Assembly: GCA_016699975.1 (NCBI GenBank)
Contig: CP064994.1
Span: 711,828 to 775,827 of the forward strand
Origin: Candidatus Moraniibacteriota bacterium
Lineage (GTDB): Bacteria; Patescibacteriota; Minisyncoccia; Moranbacterales; UBA1568
Length of the DNA: 64,000 nt
Direction: 5' to 3'
The position numbers and the translations under genes were made by a program. Below, one piece after another: positions 1 to 10,758 of this stretch; position 1 is the stretch's first letter; the number at the start of each line of letters is the position of its first letter. The notes under the pieces are model-generated. The model did no database searches. It was not told the origin of the DNA and was given only the letters and a program-made list of their open reading frames with translations.

Positions 1-109
1 GGAGTGATAGAAGTGACACAAAAATATCAGAAGCAAATTTCCGAAAACGCCCCAAAAAAGTTTTCGAATATCTGTCTCTCAAAAACGCTCTCGCCTTGCT
101 CCCCAAATA

Positions 110-868
110 GTGAATTTCCATTACACAATTTCCCGTATGATGTCACGCATTCTCATACATATAACTCGTGCCGCACTCATAGTGAGTATCCCCGTCCTCT
201 TGTGGCTTGCGGTTTCCCATCTTTCACAGTCGCTCATTTTTCCCGATACGCGTTTTGCACTCGAAAAAGATGACAAGGTCAAGATAGGAATGGGTGGTGT
301 CGAGCAACGATTTCGAGCGCGAGAAAACGGTTTAACAAAGATCGACATTCTCTTCGGAGGATCAAAGGTGAAAGACGGCGGAGACCTTTCGATCGCTCTG
401 CGAGACGAGCGCTGTGAGACCATTCTTACGGAGCGAAAAGAATTCGTCACGTCCATCAATTCAGGTGATACGACAGCGCTTTCGTTTGCCGCCATTCCCG
501 ATTCTTCCGGAAAAAACTTTTGTCTCACCATTCACTTCGAACCAAAGGGCGAGTCGGAAGCAACTGTTTTCGTGGTCGAAAACACAATTCCGGAAGAAAA
601 AATCTCCCTTCGAATCAGCATGAAGGATCGCCCTGGTCAATCACTTGCTTTTCGTCCCTTCTACGGAAGCACCAGCCTCGAACAGAATTTCTCCGAACTC
701 AACCGTCGCATTTCCCACTACAAGCCCTGGTTTCTCAAACATCATTTCTTGTCAGCGTGTTTCATTTTCGGAAGTGGAGCCTCGATCCTCTTTCTCATAC
801 TCGCAATTTTCCCCAGGAAGTGCCTCACACATGATAGTAATGGTGATACCACTCGACGAAGTTCTTGA
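110..868 (+). CDS. hypothetical membrane protein (N- and C-terminal hydrophobic segments)
   Basis: 252-aa ORF from the six-frame track with hydrophobic stretches at both ends. No recognisable family. Its 3' end overlaps the convergent epimerase gene. Confidence 0.3.
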   Translation: MNFHYTISRMMSRILIHITRAALIVSIPVLLWLAVSHLSQSLIFPDTRFALEKDDKVKIGMGGVEQRFRARENGLTKIDILFGGSKVKDGGDLSIALRDERCETILTERKEFVTSINSGDTTALSFAAIPDSSGKNFCLTIHFEPKGESEATVFVVENTIPEEKISLRISMKDRPGQSLAFRPFYGSTSLEQNFSELNRRISHYKPWFLKHHFLSACFIFGSGASILFLILAIFPRKCLTHDSNGDTTRRSS

Positions 869-1787
869 TGCCGGCATCGATTCGCGTCGTAGGCGCCCAC
901 CCCAGAGCGCGCAGCTTTGAAATATCAGCAACCGTAGACACAACATCTCCGGCAGGAAGCGGCATCAGTTTTTTGTGAGCAACTTTCCCTACGTTTTTCT
1001 CGATCTCTTCGATGAATTCGAGGAGAGTGTTTTCACGATCACCGCCGATATTCACGATATCGTACGGAAGATTCGCATCGAGTGCGGTTAAGACTCCGGA
1101 AACAATATCATCCACATAGGTAAAATTGCGACTCATCTTTCCGAAATTATTCACTTCAATCGGCTTTTCTTCGAAGATGTGTTTTGTAAAGAGAAAGAGC
1201 GCCATATCGGGCCGCCCCCACGGGCCGTACACCGTGAAGAATCGAAGACCCGTTGTCGGCAATCCGTAGACGTGACTCCAGACATGCGCCAACAGTTCGT
1301 CGGCTTTCTTGCTTGCCGCATACGGAGAGATGGGGTGGTCTACCGAGTCCGCTTCAGAAAAAGGAAGTTTTTCATTTTTACCATACACAGATGACGAAGA
1401 CGCGTAGATAAAATTTTCGATCGCATGTTTCCGTGATGCCTCCAAGAGAACCGTCGTACCTATTATGTTGATGTCCACGTATTGAAGCGGGTGTTCAAGC
1501 GAATTGCGAACGCCCGCCATCGCCGCGAGGTGTACCACCTTTTCCACCTTTTCGCGAGAAAATATTTTTTCTACCAGAGCAACATCGCGAATGTCTCCTT
1601 CAAAAAGAGCGACGTCGACTCCTTTGAGGAACACGTTGACGCGATCGCGTTTCAGTTGCGGATCGTAGTAATCGTTAAAATTGTCGAGAATTAAAACGCG
1701 ATCACCGCGCTCGACGAGTTTTTTCGCGACCGCCGACCCGATAAATCCCGCGCCGCCCGTCACAAGAATAGTCATACGTGTTTTCAC
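825..1787 (-). CDS. NAD-dependent nucleotide-sugar epimerase/dehydratase (SDR family, UDP-glucuronate/UDP-GlcNAc 4-epimerase-like)
   Basis: 320-aa ORF with an N-terminal Rossmann motif (TGGAGFIGS) and the extended-SDR catalytic YxxxK (SPYAASK). Confidence 0.85.
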   Translation of the reverse strand: MKTRMTILVTGGAGFIGSAVAKKLVERGDRVLILDNFNDYYDPQLKRDRVNVFLKGVDVALFEGDIRDVALVEKIFSREKVEKVVHLAAMAGVRNSLEHPLQYVDINIIGTTVLLEASRKHAIENFIYASSSSVYGKNEKLPFSEADSVDHPISPYAASKKADELLAHVWSHVYGLPTTGLRFFTVYGPWGRPDMALFLFTKHIFEEKPIEVNNFGKMSRNFTYVDDIVSGVLTALDANLPYDIVNIGGDRENTLLEFIEEIEKNVGKVAHKKLMPLPAGDVVSTVADISKLRALGWAPTTRIDAGIKNFVEWYHHYYHV

Positions 1788-1850
1788 TCACCAATTATTT
1801 CTTCTGTCTCTCTTCGGCAATGCAGAAAAGCAGAGCAATATTCACTAGTT

Positions 1851-3056
1851 TCAGCGATTCAAAAGTCGATCACGCCAGAAATGAACAGTATCTTCTATCG
1901 GAACCGTTTTCGTGGTTGAGCGCCGCAGTACCGTTTGCTGTGCCGCCCCACCCATCTCATCTCGCCGCTTGGAATCTTCAAGAAGAATGCGCACACGAGA
2001 GAACCAGTCGTCCTCCGTTTTGGCGACCCATCCGTCCACCCCGTCTGTTATCGACTCACAAAACGTACGGGTCGCGGAAGCAACCGTCGGCACCCCGACC
2101 AGTCCCGCTTCCAAAAATTTTACCTCACTCTTCGATTCGCAAAACGGATCCCCGATTTCAAGCGGCGCAAGATTGATATCGACCCGCGCAATATTCTCAA
2201 AGTGCTCTTCTCGGCTTGCGTAAGGGGCGCGCTCAATTCGATCCGCGTATGACTGAAGAGCAGCGGGTATCGTAAGTGGCCCCGCCACAAAAAGAGTGAG
2301 TTCCGGGTATTGGCAAAAGAGTCTTTCGAGAACAGCTGCAATCGTCGCTATATCACGGTCGTGACCCGAAGAGCCGCTAAAATATCCGAGTGTTCTTTTT
2401 TGTGGAGTTCGCGCATTTCGACGATGAGAGATGGTTGCTGCATGCGCGACATCGTGGTCGCTTACACAATTCGGAACGAGCAATACCGGCTTCTCAAAGG
2501 TTCGAAGTCGATCGGCGAGAAACGACGTGCTTGTGGAAACAGCAGAAAGAGCAGGATCTTCGAGAAACGGGCGACCCACTCCCGAGATATACGCTTTTTG
2601 TTCGAGGGGCGTCATCGCGAGATACGCCGGAGTTTTCTGAAATACTTCGCCGTCAAATACCAAGTCATCCGTATCGAACATCACGGTCTTCTTGCGTCGC
2701 TTGAGTTCAGCAAAAAACGCCTCGATGTGCGGCGTCGAAAAACTCCGATGAAAGACGAATCCCGAAAACTTTTCCGCATATCGAAGGAGAAACGGATCGT
2801 ACTGAGTGGTAACCGATGTGCGAAATCCATGGAAGCGAAGTGCTTCGGCCGTGTGATGCGCGCGATAAAGAGCGCTCGCCCCCACACCGCTTCCCACAAA
2901 GAGAATATCCCCCGCAGGAACCGTGCGAAAGAGCTCGCGGGAAGCTCGAATGAGGCGCGCGCCGCCACGAAAAAGCCCTTCGTGCCGAAAGAGCGACCAT
3001 GCCTTGCCAATCGGTGCTGACCAACGATTCATACGAATGCATTGTACCCAAAGCAC
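1851..3056 (-). CDS. glycosyltransferase family 4 (group 1)
   Basis: 401-aa ORF with a GT-B fold signature near the C terminus (ESKSEVKFLEAGLVGVPTVAS, the EX7E-type motif). Confidence 0.75.
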   Translation of the reverse strand: MLWVQCIRMNRWSAPIGKAWSLFRHEGLFRGGARLIRASRELFRTVPAGDILFVGSGVGASALYRAHHTAEALRFHGFRTSVTTQYDPFLLRYAEKFSGFVFHRSFSTPHIEAFFAELKRRKKTVMFDTDDLVFDGEVFQKTPAYLAMTPLEQKAYISGVGRPFLEDPALSAVSTSTSFLADRLRTFEKPVLLVPNCVSDHDVAHAATISHRRNARTPQKRTLGYFSGSSGHDRDIATIAAVLERLFCQYPELTLFVAGPLTIPAALQSYADRIERAPYASREEHFENIARVDINLAPLEIGDPFCESKSEVKFLEAGLVGVPTVASATRTFCESITDGVDGWVAKTEDDWFSRVRILLEDSKRRDEMGGAAQQTVLRRSTTKTVPIEDTVHFWRDRLLNR

Positions 3057-3104
3057 TTCGCTTTGCCCAGAGCCTGGAAAGCCTTTACAATAGAAGAAAG
3101 AATT

Positions 3105-4401
3105 ATGGCACTGAATTCGCGCCCCTTTTCTCCTCTCCCGTCTCCCACACCCGCTCCGAAATCGGATGATGTTTTTTTATTTTCTCGCCTCTCATTTTTG
3201 TGGATCACGTGTCTCTTCGGCGCTTTTTTCTTGGCTGTTTTTGGAGAGTTTTTGCGTACAGGAGTTTTCTTTCTCTCCGGAGGATTCCTCGCAGGAATCG
3301 GAATCACTCTCTGGAAATTTCGGCCTTCGCGAGAGCTCCTCATGTGGGGAGTAGCTTTCTTCCTTCTCGCCTTTTCCATAAGTTTTATCTCTTCGCCAAC
3401 CGTGTTCTCCGGACGCGATCAGGGTTCCTACGCAAACGCCGCCATTCGTCTCGTCGAAACCGAATCACTTCAAAGCCGCTCGCTCGTTTCCGATACGTTT
3501 TTCTCCCTCTATGGACCTGGGAAAGCACTCAACTTCCCCGGATTTTTTTATACGAGTGAGGGCGCCCTCACCTCACAATTTCCTCTGGGCTCCATTGTCT
3601 GGTTTGGTCTCAACTTTTCACTCTTCGGTGTTTCGGGATTCTCGGTCGCAAATTCTCTCTCCCCTCTTTTTTTCTTTGACGGGACTCTTCCTGCTTCTTC
3701 GACGATTCGTATCGATGCCCTTTGCCGCCGCGGGATCGCTCTCACTCGCGCTTTCCTTTCCCATTCTCTGGATTTCAGAGCAGACCCTGAGCGAAAATCT
3801 TGCGCTCGCGCTTTTCATCATACTCTCTCTTCAACTCGTGCGGTTTCTTGAGCGACCCAAGTGCAGCACCTGGATCACGATCGTCGCCGCGGGATCGTTT
3901 TTGTTCCTTGTCCGAATTGAGGGAATAGCCTTCTTCTTAGTTGCCACGATGCTGCCATTCTTCTTTCGCGAATCACGTCTTTTTCTTCGGGAACGGTTTT
4001 TCTCTCTCGTTCTTCCCTCGGCGACATTTTTTCTCGCTCTCTTTACTCTCAGCATAGGGGTCAGCACTCCGTTCTACATTACGATCGCAAAAGCTCTCCT
4101 TGAATCATTTTCGGAGTCGCGTCTTTCCGGAAACAGTCAAATGAATTTTTCTGCTTTGTCTTCCATTGGCACAAGACTTACTCTCTTTGCAACGTACGGC
4201 ATGCTGCCAGTTTTCATCCTTGCGTTCATGAGCATCAGCCTCCTCGTTCGCCGCCGAAATTTTCTCGCCCTTTCCCCGCTTTTTCTCACACTGCCCGTCT
4301 TTTTCTATTTCCTCAGTCCACACATTGCTTCCGATCACCCTTGGGTTGTGCGGCGATTCACGTTTTCCATCTGGCCCATAGTCGTTTTTCTTGCTTTCTA
4401 G
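3105..4401 (+). CDS. GT-C family polytopic membrane glycosyltransferase (ArnT/PMT-like), split by a frameshift in a T7 run near 3667-3673
   Basis: Two overlapping ORFs (3042..3851 in frame 0 and 3511..4401 in frame 1) each read as a membrane protein only on one side of the T7 homopolymer. The first extracytoplasmic loop carries a DQGSYANAAIRL motif resembling the DE.RYAEiAR catalytic motif of ArnT/PMT-type GT-C enzymes. There are many TM helices. Confidence 0.55.
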
Positions 4402-4936
4402 AATCGAGTTCTTCTTTCGAAAAATAAAAGAAAGGGCTTCCTTTCCTTCCTTTCCTTCTCCGGGAGTGTTTTCGTTTTGCTGTGCACTGCTCCTTCTTTT
4501 ACCGGGCATTCCCGCGATTATTTCCGTCCTCCCCCTCTCCAATTCTCGTTTTCTCTCGGATACACAGCTCCTCTCGAGTCGTTTTGCCGATGAAGATCTG
4601 ATCCTGGTAGATCGCATGGCATCCGGAGATCCATTCTCCATGATCGCTGATCCGATGAACACCCTCTTCCGAAAAGAAGCCGTCTATTTTTTTCATCCCG
4701 AAGACCTACAAAAAATAAACCTGCGTCCTTTTCGAAACACGTATCTCTTGGTAAGAAAAGAGGAGGAAAAGCGCTACCGCGAGGCACTCCATCAAACTTT
4801 CACTTTCGAAGAACAAGCGCCGTACACTCTCAATATTTCTCTTCCCTCTCGCCCGACGAATCCGCGAGAACTTCCTCACAAAAAAAATGAAATTGTGAAT
4901 GGATCGGTTTTTCTGCTTCATCCTTCCTCCTTATGA
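4391..4936 (+). CDS. hypothetical protein
   Basis: 181-aa ORF with an N-terminal hydrophobic segment. Its stop overlaps the next gene's start (ATGA). Confidence 0.3.
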   Translation: MLSRIEFFFRKIKERASFPSFPSPGVFSFCCALLLLLPGIPAIISVLPLSNSRFLSDTQLLSSRFADEDLILVDRMASGDPFSMIADPMNTLFRKEAVYFFHPEDLQKINLRPFRNTYLLVRKEEEKRYREALHQTFTFEEQAPYTLNISLPSRPTNPRELPHKKNEIVNGSVFLLHPSSL

Positions 4937-6282
4937 ACCAAATTTCACCTCCAACTCTCTCGCCTCGCTCGAAACGCCTGCTCTTTGTGGGACGAATCAT
5001 TTTGGGCATTGTGTTTCTCTCGAGTCTCGCTCTCTTTTCTTGGAGCGTTCTCTTCCCGCCGCAGCCACTTTTCTTCGATTTTCGAGATGCCAAACTTTCG
5101 GTGAGCACCCTCAAAAATCCAAGGACATTCCCTCCACCCTTTTCTCCGGGAGGACAATTTAGGGATCAAGATATCCTCACGCTCGATGCTTCGGCGTTCG
5201 GAGAATATACGACGCTCGCTCTTCAATTTACTGCTCTCAAAAATTCTCCACTTGGAAAAGGACGTGTCTCTGTGCGCCGCTCGCAGCAGGCGCACTTCTT
5301 TCCGGAAGGGAGTGGAGCGTCGTTCCCTCCCGGCACTCTCCTCCAAGAAAATGGTTCGTTCTATCAGATCGCACCCGATGGTCGCCGAAAAAAATTTCCG
5401 TCCAAAGAATCTGCGGAGCGACTTGGATTTCGTCCAGAAACATTTCTGCCTGTTCGAAACGAGGATCTTTCTCTCAATCAAGATGGCGGCTTGCTTGAAT
5501 GGGAGCCATCCGCTCTCCCTGAAGGAACATTCGTTCACGCGGACAATACCTACTACGAATGGCGCTCAGGAACACTTCTCCCGTTCGTGAGCGAGAATGC
5601 ATTTCGTGCACGGTTTCGGGATGAGTGGGCCATTAAAAAAGATGCTGCCTTCGTCCGATTAGTGCCGCTTTCGGAAAACTGGCGATCCTTTCCAAGTGGG
5701 ACGCTGTTGTCGTGGGGAGATGGAGTCTTTTTGATGGACCAGACAAGCCCGCGACCTATTCTCGGTGTCGATATATTTTTGTCGCTCGGGTACTCGTGGG
5801 AAGATGTTGTGCCCGCCAATGACGAAGAAATCAGCCTCGAACAAAAAGGGCGATCCGTCGACTTTAGCGCCGCTCACCCCGATGGCACTGTTTTTCACGA
5901 GACGGATACGAATCGTTTCTTCCTCATCCTCAACAAAACAAAACACGAACTCCGTGGAGACGCCATTCGAAACTTTTGGCTCGGAACAAGAAAACCAATC
6001 GCCGTTTCTTCGCAATCACTCACCACTTCCGCCACATGTGATCTTTCCGTCCACTCTTTTCTCTTTTTCGCCCCCACTCTCGAGTGCCGTCTCCCACTTG
6101 AAGCACTCGCAAAATTTCGAGGAGATACGTATGAACTCCGCACGACTTTTCTTGGCGCATCCGCCTTCGAACGCCTCGATGTTTCTTTCGAAGCTGCAGT
6201 AAAGAAAGAAACACTTCTGACCCGTCTTTCCAAACTCAAGAATCGCGTGCTCGCCCGATACCTTCCCACCGCAGAACCCTAG
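4933..6282 (+). CDS. hypothetical membrane-anchored protein
   Basis: 449-aa ORF with an N-terminal TM anchor (ILGIVFLSSLALFSWSVLF) followed by a large soluble domain. No recognised family. Confidence 0.45.
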   Translation: MNQISPPTLSPRSKRLLFVGRIILGIVFLSSLALFSWSVLFPPQPLFFDFRDAKLSVSTLKNPRTFPPPFSPGGQFRDQDILTLDASAFGEYTTLALQFTALKNSPLGKGRVSVRRSQQAHFFPEGSGASFPPGTLLQENGSFYQIAPDGRRKKFPSKESAERLGFRPETFLPVRNEDLSLNQDGGLLEWEPSALPEGTFVHADNTYYEWRSGTLLPFVSENAFRARFRDEWAIKKDAAFVRLVPLSENWRSFPSGTLLSWGDGVFLMDQTSPRPILGVDIFLSLGYSWEDVVPANDEEISLEQKGRSVDFSAAHPDGTVFHETDTNRFFLILNKTKHELRGDAIRNFWLGTRKPIAVSSQSLTTSATCDLSVHSFLFFAPTLECRLPLEALAKFRGDTYELRTTFLGASAFERLDVSFEAAVKKETLLTRLSKLKNRVLARYLPTAEP

Positions 6283-6312
6283 AACTTCCCCAAAATTTTT
6301 TCACTTGGCTTT

Positions 6313-6774
6313 ATGATTTCACGTTTTTCTCATCTGTATTCATCTCTCGAGTTTCGTCTCGTCGCACACCAACTCGTTCGCGATGCAATTTTCTTGTCAC
6401 TCATCGCCTTGATCGGCATCCTTTCGCTCGAAAGCATTCTCCCGGGAACAATCTCTCTTCGATTCGGGATCGTTTTCTTTAGCGCGGGTATCCTCCTTCT
6501 CCTCCTTGCAGAACAAGCGCTCGCCCCTCACACTCTTCCTCCACCAAAAGAAAAAATTCCTTCCAAACGATGGGGGCGCATTCTCTTTTTCGGCTGGTCC
6601 GTTTTCCTTTTTGCAAATGCGCTTGTCGGTTTCCATCCCATCGTTCTCCTTTTCTCAGTGCTCGCAACACTTCTTTCATTCCGACTTCTTCTTACAGAAT
6701 ACCAGGAGGAGAAAACCACTGAAAAAAATTCACTCGTTCCAAAAGAGTCCAACCATAACCGCTCGCTCGTATGA
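6313..6774 (+). CDS. small integral membrane protein
   Basis: 153 aa with about 4 predicted TM helices. Translationally coupled (ATGA overlap) to the downstream GT4 gene. Confidence 0.4.
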   Translation: MISRFSHLYSSLEFRLVAHQLVRDAIFLSLIALIGILSLESILPGTISLRFGIVFFSAGILLLLLAEQALAPHTLPPPKEKIPSKRWGRILFFGWSVFLFANALVGFHPIVLLFSVLATLLSFRLLLTEYQEEKTTEKNSLVPKESNHNRSLV

Positions 6775-7805
6775 GGATTGTTGTACAGGCTGCCGACCTC
6801 GATGCGCCCCGTATCGACGGAACCCGCATTTACTTGCTCCGGCTTCTCGAACGTTTTGGCGCGCTCACCCCACAACACGCGTGGCACCTTTTTCATCGAA
6901 AGCCATTTAACCCTGCACTCACTCCTCCTTCATTCAAAAATTATGAGGAACACTGTATTCCGTTTCCCTGTTTCTGGACACAAACGCGCTTCTCCTGGGA
7001 AATAATGCGAAGAAAACCACATCGGCTGTTCATGCCGGTTCAGTCACTTCCTTTCTTTCTCTCCACGGAAACCGAGTCGATCGTGACGATCCATGATCTT
7101 GCTTTCAAAATTTTTCCCAAACATTTTCCCACCAAAGACCTTCGCCGACTCAACTGGTTTACCGACTTTTCGGTACGACAAGGAACGAGACTCATTGCCG
7201 TTTCAGAATCCACGAAGCGAGATATTCTCACTTTCTACCCAGATGTTCCCGAAAAAAAGATTCGTGTTATTCACCACGGTTTCGATCCCATCCCTCCCTC
7301 CACCCAACACCATGCCAGAGAAGAAATGGCGGCGCTCAATTTGTTTCATCTCTCCCCGAAAAACTATGTGCTCTATGTGGGAGCTATTCAGCCACGAAAA
7401 AATCTCCTTCGACTTCTCGATGCTTTTACTGCTTCTGCTGAACGGTTTCCCGAAATGAAACTCGTTCTTGCAGGAGAAGCCGCGTGGATGAGCGAAGCCG
7501 TGTTTGAGGCAGCTCAGCGCCATCCCTTTCGGGACCGCATCGTCATCACCGATCGAGTGTCGTTTCAAATGCGAGCCACCTTGTATCGAAACGCGAGACT
7601 GTTTGTCTTTCCTTCACTGTATGAAGGTTTCGGCCTTCCGATCCTGGAAGCGTTTTCGGCGCGCGTTCCGGTAATTGTCGCTCGCAATTCGAGCCTCACC
7701 GAAGTCGCCGGAAACGCCGCTTTCTTTTTGACGCCCAAGAAAGCAGCGAACTCCAAAGTGCGATCGAAACACTGTGGGAAGACTCAAGAAAACGGGAAGA
7801 TCTGA
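6771..7805 (+). CDS. glycosyltransferase family 4 (group 1)
   Basis: 344-aa ORF with the classic GT4 C-terminal motif EGFGLPILEAFSARVPVIVARNSSLTEVAG. Confidence 0.85.
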   Translation: MRIVVQAADLDAPRIDGTRIYLLRLLERFGALTPQHAWHLFHRKPFNPALTPPSFKNYEEHCIPFPCFWTQTRFSWEIMRRKPHRLFMPVQSLPFFLSTETESIVTIHDLAFKIFPKHFPTKDLRRLNWFTDFSVRQGTRLIAVSESTKRDILTFYPDVPEKKIRVIHHGFDPIPPSTQHHAREEMAALNLFHLSPKNYVLYVGAIQPRKNLLRLLDAFTASAERFPEMKLVLAGEAAWMSEAVFEAAQRHPFRDRIVITDRVSFQMRATLYRNARLFVFPSLYEGFGLPILEAFSARVPVIVARNSSLTEVAGNAAFFLTPKKAANSKVRSKHCGKTQENGKI

Positions 7806-8210
7806 TCGCGCGTGGCACACGAGAGCTGGAGCGATTCTCCTGGGATCGGTGCTCATCCGAAACCGCCTCGTGGATTCTTGGCGATGAGTCTCATTCCTCA
7901 AAGATTCACGCAGGAGAGTAAGGAAAGAAAATATCCAAAGGACGAGAGTTTTACAAAAATATCACAGCGATTCGAAAAACTTTTTATAAAGAGCGGTCGC
8001 GAAGAGTGAACGACAAGATCAGCATTTCACAACAGAACAAAATTTTGAAAGTGTTTTTCCTTCTCACCGTAAAAATATTCCCGAAGCAATGGGGAACATT
8101 TTTGAGTGAGTCTGCAGAAAAGACTCGAGACGAATGCGGACTCTCTCTCCAAAAATCGTGAACCCTGTGGGAACAAGAAGGGTGCTCGGGAAAGAGGGCA
8201 GAAAAAAATT

Positions 8211-8921
8211 TTAGTGAAGAACAGTGCCTATCCCCCGCTCGCCAAGCAAAACGCGGCGCAAATTTTCGGTATCGGCTCCATCCATGACAGTGACTGAAAA
8301 CCCCTTCTCTTCGGCAAGTTTCGAAGCAATTGGATCGAAAGGCACATTCATTCCAGGACGCCAGACATCTCCAATGAGGGCGCGGTATTTTTTCCACGAC
8401 AGGGATTCAAATCGTGTCGCATCCGTGTATTCCTTGGGATTCCGGTCATAGACACCGTCCACATTGGAGAGATTGAGGAGAGAAGAAAAGCCCAAATATT
8501 CCGCAAGCAAAACAGCAATGTAATCCGTTGAGAATCCAGGTCTCCATCCACCCGCCACCAAGATCGGTTCTTTCACGTGTAAAAAGTCTTCGAGATCGTG
8601 CGGGTTCGTGTTAATTTTCGGAAACGCAAACTCGCGAAACACCGTTCGCAGAAAGTGTGCATTCATGCGCGTCGCATGGATGCCAAGCCAATCCTTGTCT
8701 TCGTCTTCGATATGGTGAATCTGTCCCGCAGCATTGATATATCGCCTCGCGGTCTTCCCTCCACCAACGACCAGAACAAACGAGCAACCGTCTCCGATAC
8801 GTTCAACGATCGTTTCGTAAAATCGACCGATAAATCCCGTATCGATTTCATCAGGAACAACAAGCGAACCCCCAACCGACAGTAAAAATTTTTTCGGCGT
8901 CATGCGTGAAGTAGAGTTCAA
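8211..8921 (-). CDS. pyrH: UMP kinase (archaeal/short type, amino-acid kinase family)
   Basis: Motifs LLSVGGSLV, VLVVGGGKTARRYI and GIHATRMNAHFL are typical of PyrH. The stop is coupled to proS upstream. Confidence 0.75.
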   Translation of the reverse strand: MNSTSRMTPKKFLLSVGGSLVVPDEIDTGFIGRFYETIVERIGDGCSFVLVVGGGKTARRYINAAGQIHHIEDEDKDWLGIHATRMNAHFLRTVFREFAFPKINTNPHDLEDFLHVKEPILVAGGWRPGFSTDYIAVLLAEYLGFSSLLNLSNVDGVYDRNPKEYTDATRFESLSWKKYRALIGDVWRPGMNVPFDPIASKLAEEKGFSVTVMDGADTENLRRVLLGERGIGTVLH

Positions 8922-10156
8922 GATTTAAGAAGATTTACCACTTCTTCAAACGAACACATCGTCGCCTCAGATTTCGATCGTTCTTTGACCTCAGCCCCAC
9001 CATGTTGAAGCGAGCGTTTCGAAAGGACGATTCGGTACGGAATACCAATAAGATCACTGTCGGCAAATTTTTCTCCCGCACTCCCTTCCCGATCGTCAAA
9101 CAAGACATCAATCCCAAGATGAGCAAGTTTCTCGTACCACAAAAGGGCCACTCGGTCTTCGCCAAGGGAGAGAAGATGCGCCCGAAACGGCGCAACCGAC
9201 TTGGGCCAGACGATGCCACGATCGTCACACAAGGTTTCCACAATCGTCCCCATGAGGCGCGTCGGCCCGATGCCATAACTCCCCATGACGACGGGTTTTG
9301 CTCTCCCACTCTGGTCCATATAGAAAAGACCAAGCGCTTCCGAAAATCGTGTGCCGAGCTTAAAAATATTGCCAACTTCTATCGAAGTTTTCTTTTCAAG
9401 AGCCGCTCGGTCGAGCCCCAGATCGGACAAGACCTCGTCGGTGTAGACTTCTTCGTTCACGGCGATATTCTTTTCTCGTGAAAGATAAATTGTATCTTCT
9501 CCTGCGTCGCTCAACGCCTGAAATTCGTGACTGTATTTGGAAAAAATACCGCCACTCGCGAACGTTTTAAAGGTGATCGCACCGATCCCCACGCGCTCGA
9601 AGATTGTTGTGTACGCTTCTGCACACCGTTCGTAAAACGCATCAAGATCTGCTTCGTTCTCATTGAAAGAATAGAGATCTTTCATCAAAAATTCGCGCCC
9701 GCGCATAATCCCGCTTTTCGCTCGTTCTTCGTTCCGAAACTTCGTTTGTATCTGATAGCTGTAGACCGGCAAATCGCGATATGACGAGATATGTTGTTTC
9801 ATGATCGCCGTGATCGGCTCTTCGTGGGTAAACCCAAGCCCAACCTCTGTCCCATTTTTGAGATGAGTTTTAAACCAATTGTCGACCGCGTCGTCGCTCC
9901 AACGGTTCGTCGCCTCCCACATCTCGGGATTTTGGAGAGCGCTTAAGAAAACTTCCCGCCCCCCGATTCGATCCATTTCTTCTCGGATGATCGCTTCAAT
10001 TTTTCGAAGTACGCGGAGTCCGAGCGGCAGAAATTCGTAGACGCCCGCCATTTCTTTGTGGATGAAGCCGGCCCGAATAAGCAATTGCGCATTCCGACTC
10101 ACTTCATCTGTCGGATTTTCGCGCCTCGTTTTCGTAAAAAGTTCAGATTGCTTCAT
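8918..10156 (-). CDS. proS: prolyl-tRNA synthetase (short form, no insertion/editing domain)
   Basis: Class II aaRS motifs are present. The N terminus (MKQSELFTKTRRE...AGFIH) and the catalytic core (YQIQTKFRNEERAKSGIMRGREFLMKDLYSF) match ProRS. Confidence 0.9.
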   Translation of the reverse strand: MKQSELFTKTRRENPTDEVSRNAQLLIRAGFIHKEMAGVYEFLPLGLRVLRKIEAIIREEMDRIGGREVFLSALQNPEMWEATNRWSDDAVDNWFKTHLKNGTEVGLGFTHEEPITAIMKQHISSYRDLPVYSYQIQTKFRNEERAKSGIMRGREFLMKDLYSFNENEADLDAFYERCAEAYTTIFERVGIGAITFKTFASGGIFSKYSHEFQALSDAGEDTIYLSREKNIAVNEEVYTDEVLSDLGLDRAALEKKTSIEVGNIFKLGTRFSEALGLFYMDQSGRAKPVVMGSYGIGPTRLMGTIVETLCDDRGIVWPKSVAPFRAHLLSLGEDRVALLWYEKLAHLGIDVLFDDREGSAGEKFADSDLIGIPYRIVLSKRSLQHGGAEVKERSKSEATMCSFEEVVNLLKS

Positions 10157-10458
10157 AGGACTTAGGACTATTGGACACGCAGAAATAAAGATGATCTTTA
10201 TTGAGAGCTTCCATCATCTTATCGGGTTCTTCCCTCGAAAGCAACCGATCTCTCATGAAGCCAAGAAGAGCCTCGAAACATCATTTATTCAAAGGATTAG
10301 AGTAAATTCTCATCTTTGTAAAAATAAGAAAAAGAATACTGCTCTAACCTTTTTGGTTCATGATAATGTAAAAAAGTAATACGCGCACCAATATCCAAGC
10401 TGAACATTCTCTTTCAGGAAAAAGAGTACCGTTACTTTTTATCTTTACGGGACAGGAA

Positions 10459-10758
10459 CTGTACCAACATTACAAAGGAGGAATTGACGAAGTCATTGTC
10501 GTAGCATGCCACAGTGAAACTTTAGAGGAATTCGTTGTTTACAAATCAATGTACAATGAAATTGAGTGTGATCGAGGCTCTTTCTGGGGAAGACCAACAT
10601 TCATGTTCTTCGAAAATGTCATCGTTGATGGCAAAGTAAAATCACGTTTCACACTATTGAAAAAGAAGGGGGATGTATCCTGCTATTGTAGAGAAATTGA
10701 TAAAAAGCAATCCCTTGTCTCGAATTCGTTCTATCCTATACAAGTCCCTTTATTTTAA
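10459..10758 (+). CDS. DUF1653-like small protein with no ATG start (possible CTG start or pseudogene)
   Basis: An in-frame translation upstream of the annotated 69-aa ORF gives YQHYKGGIDEVIVVACHSETLEEFVVYKSMYNEIECDRGSFWGRPTFMFFENVIVDGKVKSRF. This matches the DUF1653 signature (YRHYKGG...HSETLE..VVY...W.RP..MF). No ATG lies upstream in frame. There is a possible CTG start at 10459 with AGGA four nucleotides upstream. Confidence 0.35.
   Translation: MYQHYKGGIDEVIVVACHSETLEEFVVYKSMYNEIECDRGSFWGRPTFMFFENVIVDGKVKSRFTLLKKKGDVSCYCREIDKKQSLVSNSFYPIQVPLF

Noticed and set aside
2310-3020. 236-aa plus-strand ORF
   Set aside because: Antisense to the GT4 glycosyltransferase at 1851..3056.
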